NCBI RefSeq assembly: GCF_015706575.1
Contig: NW_024037073.1
Location: forward strand, 20,086,740-20,150,739
Direction: 5' to 3'
Length of the DNA: 64,000 nt
Origin: Patiria miniata
Taxonomy: Eukaryota
Shown here: positions 1-12,699 of the stretch, piece after piece
Numbering within the stretch: the first letter of the stretch is position 1
How the letters are laid out: each line of letters begins with the position of its first letter
Notes under the pieces: generated by a model
Told to the model about the DNA's origin: nothing
Databases searched by the model: none
What the model saw: only the letters and a program-made list of their open reading frames with translations
Translations under genes and position numbers: made by a program

Positions 1-1269
1 ATGCATAAATTTAGGCCCATTATATATAATTCGAGAGGTTGTGGGTTCAAGCCCCACCGTGGCCATGCGTGTTGTGCCCTTGAGTAAGTCGCTTTACCTC
101 AATTACTCCTCTCAACCCAGGTGTTTAATGGGAACCGGCATTATCCACTGCTTTAATGTGCAGATGTGATTGTTGGAGGATTTTGCAGGATTGAGGCAGT
201 GGTCACCCCTCCACTGAACAAATTCAAGAAATGGAGGATTTTGGAGGATTGAGGCTGTATCCAATTTTACATGGCGGCAGCTGGGAGGATTTTGAAGGAT
301 TGCGGGTGCATCCTAGCAAAAAAAGGGTTTGGAAGTTAGTTATAAGCATAAAGTGTTCAAATAAGTCACATTGCAAACTGTGGTCGGTTGACACAGCAAT
401 GTCAGTTTTGCTATTACCCATCATGTGATTTTGTAAGCCAACTGTAAAGACCAAAGTTCATTTTTAATAAAGTAATTACAACCTATTAAGCTTCAACACA
501 TCACACATTCCAGGCAACCCGCCTTGTTTATCCAAGTAAGGTTTTGGTTGGAAATTAAAATGTCACAGATTAGTTTCCGATGTTGACACCTGACGCTCCC
601 TTCTTCTGAAATCTCTCCAATAACACACCACAATGAAATAATTATCAACAATTTCATAAATGAACAATTTGTGTTTTTTAAATTATAAAAAAAAAAAATT
701 CCAATATCCTCGACTTAAAGGCAGAGTACATCATTTGCAGCTATCCAAAAAGTAACAGACAAAGTTATTGTGAAAAGCATACTTGGTTTAAGGATGGTAA
801 TGGCACTAAACTCCCTGCGAAATTATTCTTTCTGGCATGCTGTTATATTGAAGAAAACAGTTAAAGAAGGCCATTTCCAACGATGCGTCTAAAGCTGCAT
901 TTTCAGAAATTTCTGTTAGTAGTTAATTTTTAAATCGGCAAAGGCGTGCCGTGAATGAGTGCGCACAAGCGTTGACACGATGCACACGCTTGTGGTTATT
1001 ATTATTTGTGGTTATTTCCAAACTTTTTTTTAAAAGAGAGCCATTTACAGCCCTGTTTTTATTTGTAGGGCTAGTCAAAAAGTAACATGACATAAATGTT
1101 ACAGTTGAGTTGGTAACCTGTAGTGATAGTACTGCTGTGACCAGTGCAAATGTATGTGCTTCGCAAATTTCTTTGGCTTCGCTTTACAGCTCTATACTCC
1201 TCTACGGCTCTAGTTCTTGAAGAGCTAGAATTCATTCATTCTTCCAGTACTCAAGCAGTAGGCCTATTT

Positions 1270-2640
1270 GCAATAAGGTATCCGTGTTAGCCTTTAGTCA
1301 AGTCCACGCGCTTACCCGGACACGTGACACACCCCGGATGCTGACACGTAAAAAGACTAGCACGAGCGGTGAAACCGCGAATTACCATCTCGTGGAGAAC
1401 GCTTATGTTTTTCTTTACATTTGTCTACCGATTTGGTAGCCGAAAATATGGCCAGTTTACTGGACTGCCGCCGTAAACATAGGCCACACATCCGCCATCA
1501 CTGAACCTACTCGGCAAAGTTTTCAAAGTGATTTCCACATTGCGACTTCAGACCCAGTTCATTTATGCTTTAAAAATACACTCACCCTCTTAATAACAAA
1601 GTTTGAACCTGCTTCCAGTGTCAGTTGCCCAGCTGCTGCGTAATTTACGATATTTTCTGGAGCCTTCTTGGCAACTTTTCGGTCCAAATGAACAATGACC
1701 TCGTGCAATACCTGACGGGATACGAACCAATATGTATGGGCGGCCATTAGGGCAAAAAAGACAAAAACAAAAATAAAGCAAAAGCACAAAATTAAACGAA
1801 AACACACAGAAATAAACGAACAACTCAGAAATAAACGAATTTAACTCAGAAATAAACGAACAACTCAGAAATAAACGAACAACTCAGAAATAAACTAACA
1901 ACTCAAAAATAAACGAACAACTCAAAAATAAACGAACAACTCAAAAATAAACGAACAACTCAAAAATAAACGTACAATTCAGAAATAAATAAACAACTCA
2001 AAAATAAACAAACAACTCAGAAATAAACGAACAACTCAAAAATAAACCATCAACTCAGAAATAAACGAAGAACTCAGAAATAAACGAACAACATCCCCAG
2101 GGTGTCGAGCAGCAGTACGCACCCACCATGTACCATACATTACAGAAGTGCAGACGACATAATGTTTACCGCGGCATCCAAGATGGCGGACACTTTGCAT
2201 CGCTTCACGCGATGAACACGGACACATGACGGATGTAGTGGGTTTTCGTCGACGACCTCCGACGCCAAAAAGAAGTCTATGCGAAAGGTAAGCCTGATTA
2301 CAGTTTGATTTTTATGATGGTAAACGTTGACTTTAATCATAAAAGTTTACAATGGCATATCCCGCCGTCATGTCTGTATGTACGTCATGCATGTCATGTG
2401 TACGGCCGGGTTTGGCCGGCCACTGTACTGGCGCGGCGCGCCGGTGCGGTGGACAGACCACGGACCATTAAATGGTCCGTGGTACATGGTCAAACCATCA
2501 GACCGACCATCGAGCTATATCCGAGGTGGAATGATATCCACATCTGGCCATCTCTATTTTTCCCCTTCAGTGACCTATCATGCATCAGAAAGTGTTAATA
2601 TGTCCAAACAAGTAAAATTTAGCTTCGGAAAATATTGAAA
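1270..2640. repeat. Left arm of an inverted duplication whose right arm is 8520-9660, with a ~5.9-kb spacer. A third inverted partial copy lies at 30830-31480.
   Basis: 2095-2300 is the reverse complement of 8840-9060. 1740-1800 is the reverse complement of 9600-9660. 1270-1760 is the reverse complement of 30840-31480. 2380-2470 matches the reverse complement of 8690-8760. Confidence 0.8.
1806..2093 (+). repeat. Tandem array of a 19-bp unit (cagaaataaacgaacaact), about 15 copies.
   Basis: Direct reading. An inverted copy of the same array lies at 9062-9575. Confidence 0.9.
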
Positions 2641-5600
2641 TATTTAGGAAACACTTGGAATAGAAACGTCCAGACCAGTCTCATACGGTTTGTGCACAGG
2701 GATGGCCAGATATGGAATCTTCCCATCATGTTCCCTGCAGTGTTAACAGCCATCAGCTGGAGAACATATTGAAGTATTTACCGAGAGAAAAACGAGGGAG
2801 TGGAGGCAAGGGGGAGGGCGCTGCCCCCCCCCCCCCCAAAAAAAGGAAGAAAAAACAAGAAAAAGGAAACTTAAGAAAAAGAGGTACAAAGTCACATTCG
2901 TGTAAATTTAATGGGGTGGGGGGGGGGGGGCAAAATGTCCCTGCCCCCCTCTAAAACTGATAAATCGAGAATATGTTGAGAAATACAGGATTTTTTTGGG
3001 GGGGGGGGGGAAATATGTTTTACCCCCCAATAGAAAAACAATCATGGCGACGCCTATGTTTGTGCATATACATCATGGTCACTGTTATGGTGATTTCCAG
3101 GTATAAATCTTTTTTCTGGATAGCTTTATGATAGGTGATTGCACTGTGTTTTACTCTACACTGCCACCATCAGTCCCCTGATTACAACTTGATTAAGATC
3201 TCTGTAGGCCTGGTCTTACAGAGTTTGTGATGAGATTTTGGCAACTTTTCATGCTAAACCGTTTCATATATTTTGTCATTTGTCCCAACAGAGTGCAGGA
3301 TATTATGGACAGTGGTCAAGACGGCTACATCAATGATCCAGAAGGAAAAGCAACAGAAACTCAACTGAAAGAAAGCAACTTTAGTCTTGTCTGATAAGTG
3401 CTGCATGCGTTCCACAGCCCATGCCAAGTATGGACTGAAATTCTGGCTGAACTACCAGATCTTAGCTCCATGATACAAGTATGTAGACAGCAGCTGGCAA
3501 CTAGTAGCTGCAGCTCCCTGAATACCTTGTAAAATGGCAAATGCACTGTTAAAGTTATAGAGATTTTTTTATAAGACCCCTGAAAATCCTCAAATACATG
3601 TATGAGAGAAAGTTCACTTGCAATACTGATGAGCATCTATGCAGAGGATTCAATTAGTTTGGAACTTGCTGCAACCCCTGTGTAGGTTGTCATTGAGGAT
3701 TCTGTCTGAGGACTTATTGAGGTGAACAGTCTGTCAAGTGTGAGAGAGGTGACACTAAAGGAAGTGATTCTAGCCAAAAAGGACTGCAACTTTCCTCTGC
3801 AACTGAAGGAATCAAAACCCCTGACGAAGGAGAAATCGAGTTTTACCAAGTCAGTGAAGATGCAGATGGCAGATGGCAGTTGTAGGAGTGCCTTGTTGTG
3901 ACCTTCGAATTTTCACCAATGCCACAGCGATGTGCTCATAGTACAAAAATGTACATGTTTCATTCATTGAGGCATTTTTGAAACCATTGAGGATTCTTCA
4001 ATTTCATAAAGGTCAATGTTTTTCATAAAGGTCAATGTTTTTCATAAAGGTCAATGTTTCACCATATAGCCCAGGGTTTGCAATTTTTATCAAGACACCT
4101 CGCACAAATTTTATTTGGCAAAACTAGTTAATTGGTCTTGTCATAAATGTGATTGCTCTAGTTCAAAGAGTAAAAGTGCATGTACATGTTATTAAAATTA
4201 TATTTTTGACATTAAAATTTTTGTCAACAAATTGCAGACTTTTTAGTCATCTTTAAAAATCTATACTTTTCTATGAATAGTTAGTGCAATTTTAGGTGAA
4301 ATACATTATCTACTAAGCAATTTGTTATCTCCTGAGCTAAATGCGTCATTAAGAATAGGAGCAACTTGACATGTTTCTGTACAAGGATTGGATGTATTTC
4401 ATCAAGTTTGGTTTTCCAACTTCATACAGACGTCACTTGAGACCCTGTATACAACTTTGGGAGTGGTCTGAACATTTCTGTTTTCTCACAAAATTCTTCA
4501 ATGTTTTCCCTGCTATATTTGACTTTTTACGACATGTTATCGCTTTCTGATGGCTGGTAGGTCATTGCAAGGAAAAATTATTGACGTCCTATATGCAATT
4601 CTTTCCTACATGTTCTTGTTATGTTTATTTAGTAGAAGGATTTTTTAAACAACATTTTAAGGTTTCCTTCCACTCTTGAGTTTTAATTTATTGCATTGTA
4701 CTAGACTGGGGCAAGCATTATTTGTGTGTAACTGAAAGAAATTGCCTGAAAAAGTACAATTCACATTTCACAAGTTAATTAAAACCACTGCTTTAATATC
4801 TCATCCAAAAAAAAAAACACATTGTAATGTTAAATTAACAGTTATATTAATATCACTTGTGTTGTAAACATTTTTTTGAGAAGTACACAATGTATACAAT
4901 TGTGCTTTTCAAAATATCATGTATGTACACAAGTTAACCATGCTCAACCTGTAACACTATAATAGCATTTCATGAGATTACACAAACATTTGAACAAAAT
5001 GAACTAAAGGTGTACCATTCTAAATTTTGTGCAAACTATGTGGCATATGTGAACCTTGGTCACTGTTTTTCTAGTGTTCTGATGGTCCCCATGAATATCC
5101 TGATATCTGTTTGACAAAGGTGGGGGACAGGGGTGGGGGCGGAGGCACTGGAGGATGGAACATTTGGTGAATTGGGTGGGGGTGAGGGGGGGGGGAAGTG
5201 TGCAGTTTAAACTTGTGATTGGCTCCTAACACAACTCTCTGTAAAATTTACATGAATCTGCCAAAGATTAAAGACGACAATGCTGTGCTGGAGATCCAGA
5301 AACTTTACTGTGTAATACAACTTCTCCTGATACAGTTTTGTAGTGGTACATATGATGTCAGGCACAGATTGACTACAATAAAATAGAAAATAAAATGTAT
5401 GTATTTGTTACAAGAAATTACCCAGTGTTTGTGTAACCTTATTGTAACAGAATTAGCTCATTACATATCACTTACATGTTCCAAACACATGCACACACAT
5501 GTCCAAAGCAATGTTTATGTAAATACACATGTAGGCCCCTACAATGTACATGTACATGGAGTGAGAGTATCAACTATGGCATAAATCCAGTGTCAGTCCA

Positions 5601-8600
5601 ACAATTTGCATTTATACTAGCTACTCCACATTTAAAGAATACTGAGGTCTACATGCAAGAAGGGTTTATGTACACCCTGTATAAATCTCGACCTGCAGTA
5701 CGTGTGCTTTTAACAGGTTCCACAATACCGTGACTATGCAACCAACAAATGCGTTGAAAATGCAACTTTTAGGCTTATACGGTACTAAATATCACACTAA
5801 TCACTAAATAATTTATAGAAATTGTTTAACAGTAAACAGCGGGATTATTGTTTTGGGCGAAGAATTTAACACACAAGTTGCAAACTCTACAACGCTAAAG
5901 CTATGGAGCACTTGGTTATTGTCTTTCTGGTACAGTGCCCTCACTACTAGGCAAAAAGAAGAAATCTGAGTTTGGCCGCTACATTACATGTATCTAGCAC
6001 TGCATGTATCTATTTAAATTTAATATTTTTTTACAAATATCTGCAGAATAAAATGTAGCACCTCTTTTAGTTTCTGTGTGCGGAAGTTGCACAGTTACAA
6101 TTTACATGACCTCAGGGTTCTCCCCACGTACAAACGTGCGTATCGGCCCGATACGCTGGAATTGTGGCCCGATACGCCGACAAAAATGCCGATCACATTT
6201 TTCAGCCCCCGATACGCACAATATAATTTATTACACAAGCCATTAAAATGCACAACATTATCGTTTCATACGCCATTATTTCATCTTGACATTCAAAATC
6301 TTGACAAAAATCCCGTATTTCTGATGCTGCATGTGTGATCAAAATGCACACGATGACGGGTCTTTCGCGACGACCGCCAGCACCCAGCTATATATTAGCG
6401 CATTCAGCATGGTACACTGGTTCCCTTCGCGTGCTAACAGTATCAATGCTATGATGAAGGACCGGAACCAGTGACTACTGCCTTGCACGTGCATACATGA
6501 TGATTTCGGCCGAAGTTGGATCGTAAAAACACCAAACAAACATCGATGGAGAAAGAGAATTTCTGCAAATTAATTCACAGAACGTGATCTCTATTTTCTG
6601 TGTATGTATTTTCCATTAAAATGACGAGATTGCAAAGCTCGAACGTTTGGCGATCAACATCGTACGCGTAGCATGCTTCTTAGAAGCAGTGGTGCAAAAT
6701 TTTCAGCCACATGGGATGGGCCGTACACAGTTCAGTAATGCACACTGATGCTGCGCCGTGAGCACAGCGCCATGCATGTACAGCCGGCCAGACTGAATGT
6801 TGACGGCGCCAGGGGCCATGATGTACGTTAAACATATTGTGGAATCAACTACCTCAAATATATTTTTAATTAGGTGAGGCAAGTTTTAATCACTTTTGAT
6901 GGTCAGTCAGATGATAATTTTCGTGGTGCAAAGGAAAATAATCCAGGCACAAAACTACATGATTCCTTGTTCAATATGCTCCATTCAATCAAGTGTTTTT
7001 ATTCCTCCATGATTCAATCAGCAGCCCAAAAAATTGGCGAAATAATTTTTCCGACTTACCGACGCTATTTTGAAAGGCATGTAATCGGAAGCAAAAGTGA
7101 TATTTTTCTTCACCTTAATTTCTTAATTTGAAACTTGCTTGTTAATATAATTCATACTTTCTAGATCAGGAAGTTTTAACACAGGTTTTGAAATGTTGAT
7201 TTTTTTTTTTAAGTTAAAAATTTTGATATATTTTTTTCTTTAATTACAAAAAATATCACATGATCTCCTCTAAATTTTAAGGGAAAATCTTCCTCAAAGA
7301 CTCCCCAGATTTGCTCTAAAATGCACCAGAGAGCCTCTAAAGTTCAAAATTTTTCGGGGCCCTTAAGCGGGCCCCGAACCCCACGCCATGGCTTCGCAGG
7401 TTGGTGAATCACAACAAAACTTCCCCCACAGGTTTGAAAAAATCCTGGGGAGAACCCTGCATGTAGAACTGCAAATGTGACATGGATTAGACTTAGAGTG
7501 ACAACAAAGACTAAAAAGTAGGGCCTACATGTACATAATTATACATGTAAGCTACACAGACAAAAAAACTAGGCCTACTTCATTTAGTGAGGGCCAAATA
7601 TTGTAGCATAGCAGCGCACTCTTTGAACGCTTTCTGTAGTTTAGGGGTACCTCCTTTCCAAGAAAATGTCACTGTTTTCCCATTTAACGGTCGCACATGC
7701 TACTGCAACAGACTCAACTCAACCAGCTGATGAGGCTGCATTGGTCTGCTCCCATGAGAAAATGAGGCATAGTAAAGTTGTACATTGTAGTTTCCGCTTC
7801 ATGATTGCTTCTCGGCAGGATCTTGTTTCATCACAGGCTTCCCTTCCATGTTATTAGAATTGTCCTGAAACCAACATTTGAGAGTTACAAATTAATCATC
7901 ATGTTGACATCCTGTTCTGATTACTACCATTACCCTTGTAGTACCCTGTGCAACCAGGGGAACCAAAGAGAACTGATATAAACTGCTGATTTTGTTTAAG
8001 TAAATCCAATTCATTTTTTCCCTTCATTTTCTCTGCTTTCAAACACACAATGCATGATATTTTTTGTGGGTCACCAAAATAATGCAATATGCACACAGCA
8101 GTTCCCAGTTTATTTGGGGTTCACTGAGTATTTCAGGCTAAACAGTTAACTAACCATGTCAATGGCGTATTTGAGAAGCGGTTCGACTGGTGGCAGCGCA
8201 ATCCACAGATCGCGCTCAACATTGATACTAGTACTAGGGGGGCTAGGGGCCTTTTGCGTTTGTACAAATTGTTGCGTAAAGATACTAAAAAAATTCAACT
8301 CGAACTGAAAAATAATGGGTAAAAAGTCTCTTTTATTAGAATTGTGAATAAAATTTTAGAGTCGCGGAAGTCGTTTGATCTTTATAGCGGCAAAATGCTC
8401 AAAAAAATAAACAAGACATATGGACCATGCCCGTCTGGGGAAAGAATTCCTTAGTCTACCTCCATGTCTAGATGGACGTTACTTCGGACCCTGTTACAAA
8501 CCAGTATGATGAAACTGGTCTGAAAAATTGTGTTTTCTCACTAAATATTTCAATATTTTCCCTGCTAAATATCACTTTTTAGGACATGTTCACCGCTTTC

Positions 8601-9061
8601 TGGGGGCTACTACTAGTACTAAGTCATTGCAGGGAAAAACTAGTGGCGTACGTATATGGAATTCTTTCCAGTCTGACCACCGTAGTCATGGCGCAGTGCC
8701 ACGCCGCGCCATCCCAGCCCAGTACATGTGGCCAAACCCGGCCGGCGTTGGCATACCGTTCGTACACATGACGTACAGACTAGGCGTGACGGAATGCAAT
8801 GGTAAACGTAAACAAAGTCAACGTTTTTCATCGTAAAAATTAAACTCCATCCCAGGCTTACCTTTCGCATAGACTTCTTTCTGGCTTTGGAGGTCGTCGA
8901 CGAAAAATCACTACATTTTTACCCTCCGTTTTTTCTAAGTGTTCATCGCGCGTGAAGCGATGCAAGGTACGTGTCCGCCATTTTGGATGCCGCGGTAAAC
9001 ATTATGTCGTACTGTACTGCATGGTACATGGTGGGCGCGTACTGCTGCTCGACACCCTGGG

Positions 9062-9575
9062 GATGTTGTTCGTTTATTTCTGAGTTCTTCGTTTATTTCT
9101 GAGTTGTTCGTTTATTTCTGAGTTCGTATATATTTCTGAGTTGATCGTTTATTTCTGAGTTGATCGTTTAATTCTGAGTTGATGGTTTATTTCTGCGTTG
9201 ATGGTTGTTTTTTAGTTGTTCGTTTATTTCTGAGTTGTTCGTTTATTTCTGAGTTGTTCGTTTAATATTTCTGAGTTGTACGTTTATTTCTGAGTTGTTC
9301 GTTTATTTTTGAGTTGTTCGTTTATTTTTGAGTTGTTGTTTATTTCTGAGTTGTTTGTTTATTTTTTAGTTGTTTATTTATTTCTGAGTTGTACGTTTAT
9401 TTTTTAGTTGTTCGTTTATTTTTGAGTTGTTAGTTTATTTCTGAGTTGTTCGTTTATTTCTGAGTTATATTTGTTTATTCCTGAATTGTTTGTTTATTTC
9501 TGAATTGTTCGTTTATTTCTGAGTTGTTCGTTTATTTCTGAGTTATATTCGTTTATTTCTGAGTTGTTCGTTTAT
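9062..9575 (-). repeat. The same 19-bp tandem array in reverse orientation (gttgttcgtttatttctgagtt), about 25 copies with variants.
   Basis: Reverse complement of the 1806-2093 unit. Flanked by the reverse complement of 2095-2300 at 8840-9060. Confidence 0.9.
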
Positions 9576-9799
9576 TTATGTGTGTTTTCATTTATTTTTG
9601 TAGTTTTGTTTTATTTTTGTTTTTGTCTTTTTTGCCCTAATGGCCGCCCATAAATATGCGGGATCGTTCACCTGTCAATCACGCGCGTACCCGTGCACGA
9701 GGCACCAGAGTGAACCTGGCCGCGTATTCGGCCAGCTACCACAGCCGCGCATTCAGCAGTGTCAGCCGCGTATTCATAAAGTACGGAGGCCAATAAACA

Positions 9800-11565
9800 A
9801 CATTATTGATATGATAAATGTTTATATATTTAATGCGGATTTCATCGAGGAGTGTACCGAAAATGAAGGACGTCAGTATTATGCTTGATGGTCAGTTATT
9901 TAGGTCTCGTGGCTTCCTATAAATTGTTTTGGTTTCAGATCTAGGGCAGCTATGAGTCACGTGATACTTGTCCTGAGAAAAGTCGTACTAAAATAGCATT
10001 TTGCGGTAATTGTACATTTATTAAAACTTAAGTTAAATTTCGAGACAAAGTGTACCAAACAGTGTGGGAGATAAAGTCAAATCGCCGATGGCATCTTAAA
10101 GAGTGGTGTCCCGCCTACACTCTATTTTGGTTTCAGGTGTATGGGGTGTATCTGTCACGTGACAATGGCATAACATATTGGGCTTTCACCGCCAAATTTA
10201 CTCTATTTTATTATATTTAATGCGGATTTCAGGAAAAAGTGTACCGAAAATGCAACATGTCCGAATTATGTTTGATGGTCAGTTATTGAGGACTAGAGGC
10301 TTCCTATAAATTGTTTTGGTTTCAGATCTAGGGCAGCTATGAATCACGTGATACTTTTCCTGAGAAAAATCGTACTAAAATAGCATTTTGCGGTTGAATT
10401 ATGAACAACATTAAACTTAAACTTCGAGACAAAGTGTACCAAACAGTGTAGGAGAAAAATTCAAATCGCCGGTGTCATCGTAAAGAGTGGTGTCCCGCCT
10501 ACACTCTATTTTGGTTTCAGGTGTGTGGGGGTGTATCTGTCACGTGACAATGGCATAACAAAATGGGATTTAACCGCCAAATTTACTTTATTTTATATAT
10601 TTAATGGGGATTTCAGGAAAAAGTGTACCGAAAATGCAACATGTCCGAATTATGTTTGATGGTCAGTTATTGAGGACTCATGGCTTCCTATAAATTATTT
10701 TGGTTTCAGATCTAGGGCAGATATGAATCACGTGATACTCGTCCTGAGAAAAATCGTACTAAAATAGCATTTTGCGGTTGTACAACATTAAACTTTATAA
10801 GTTAAACTTCGAGACAAAGTGTACCAAACAGTGGAGGAGAAAAAGTCAAATCGCCGGTGTCATCTTAAAGAGTGGTGTCCCGCCTACACTCTATTTTGGT
10901 TTCAGGTGTGTGGGGTGAATCTGTCACGTGACAATGGCATAACAAAAGGGCTTTCACCGCCAAATTTACTTTATTTTATATTAATGCGGATTTCAGGAAA
11001 AAGTGTACCGAAAATGCAACATGTCCGAATTATGTTTGATGGTCAGTTATTGAGGACTAGAGGCTTCCTATAAATTGTTTTGGTTTCAGATCTAGGGCAG
11101 CTATGAATCACGTGATACTCGTCCTGGGAAAAGTCGTACTAAAATAGCATTTTCCGGTAACGTTGTACATTTAACTTAAGTTAAACTTCGAGACAAAGTG
11201 TACCAAACAGTGTAGAAGAAAAAGTCAAATCGCCGATGACATCTTAAAGAGTGGTGTCCCGCCTACACTCTATTTTGGTTTCAGGTGTGTGGGGTGTATC
11301 TGTCACGTGACAATGGCATAACATAATGGGCTCTCGCCGCCAAATTTGCTTTATTTTATATATTTAATGCGGATTTCAGGAAAAAGTGTACCGAAAATGC
11401 AACATGTCCGAATTATGTTTGATGTTCAGTTATTGAGAACTAGAGGCTTCCTAGAAATTATTTTGGTTTCAGATCTAGAGCAGCTATGAATCACGTGATT
11501 CTCGTCCTGAGAAAAAAACGTTCTAAAATAGCATTTTACGGTTGTACAACATTAAACTTAACTAG
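9800..11565 (+). repeat. Satellite array with a ~390-bp unit (about 4.5 copies) containing CACGTGAC/TCACGTGAT motifs.
   Basis: Repeated blocks ...tttggtttcagatctagggcagctatgaatcacgtgatactcgtcctgagaaaaatcgtactaaaatagcattttgcgg... More copies at 18905-20625 (+) and 23535-27855 (-). Confidence 0.9.
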
Positions 11566-11630
11566 AGGTTGTAGGAACAACCACACGGTGTTGGGCCATG
11601 GATTACCGCAAACTTACCTTGCATTACGAA

Positions 11631-12233
11631 ACCGGTGTCACGGTCTCACTTCTCCGGCGTGCTAGCTTCTCCGGGTGGATTCGGCGGATAATTGAGCACG
11701 TCACAGTGCACGTTACACGAGCACGATTCATGCTCATGTGTCCGCTGTGCTTACTTTTCCTCGGGCTGTATTCATGAAGTCTACAAAGCCCATACACAGT
11801 GAGGTACTCCCAAGAATGTGTTATGTAACACTTCCTGTGGGTCAAGTCATTCCATGGTCTTGCATTTGTTGCAAGCGTTCTGATTTATGTTCCCAGCGTC
11901 ATGCATGTGTGTGTGTTCATGGAGGAATAATTAAGAACGAACTCCTTGATCTGTGTTCCTTGCTCGTTCATGGTCCACTTTGTCCGCTTTATTTTTGGTT
12001 ATTGGGAGTTATAATAGTGCGCGCCACGAAAAGTTTGGATTGGACTGGTACCCTGTAACCATGCATACAAATATCCTAAGATCTTACGTGCACCAGTACA
12101 ACCCCAAAGAACTCAGCACACTAAATACAGTTGACGAAAATGTACACTACTGCGCAATTTTGTGCATGCGTGTTGAAGAGAAATTTCCCTTTCGGAGAAG
12201 CTAGCACGCCGGAGAAGTGAGACCGTGACACCG
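11631..12233. mobile_element. ~600-bp non-autonomous element bounded by 41-bp terminal inverted repeats (ccggtgtcacggtctcacttctccggcgtgctagcttctcc).
   Basis: 11631-11672 is the exact reverse complement of 12193-12233. No transposase ORF. No clear target-site duplication seen. Confidence 0.6.
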
Positions 12234-12699
12234 GCTCTCTTAAGAAAGTGGCTAGTTTCACACTGTTGAAAGCCCCTGGGGAGCCCTTAAGTAAATTAAA
12301 CTCCCCTCCCTGCTCCACAGTCCCAGCGAGATAATGCCTTGTGGTTAAATGAAATACCACCTGTTAGCCACACTGATTTCTGGAACTATACTTTCTGGTG
12401 AATTGCGGTTTTATGCTAGCATAACAGTAACAGATCGTTCTCAGCCATTTATTGACGGATTTCCACATTTCAACATATAAAACAAGTTAACATTTCAGGT
12501 ACGTCATTATGATAATACAATTTGTTGGCCGACAGATTAAATTTAGCAACCAAATATTATGCTTGAAATCTCTCAGGCAGAGTGACCTTTGCTCCTTTTA
12601 GGAACCAATTATAGAATAAGTGCTTATAAATATCTTAATCCCCTAGGGCAGGCTCCCCAAAATGATGTGTCCCTACCCGAGTTGCCTACATAGCTGGTC

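Noticed and set aside
2712-2954. ORF of 80 aa with poly-Pro/Lys.
   Set aside because: It spans poly-C, poly-A and poly-G homopolymer tracts (2820-2940) and is not coding.
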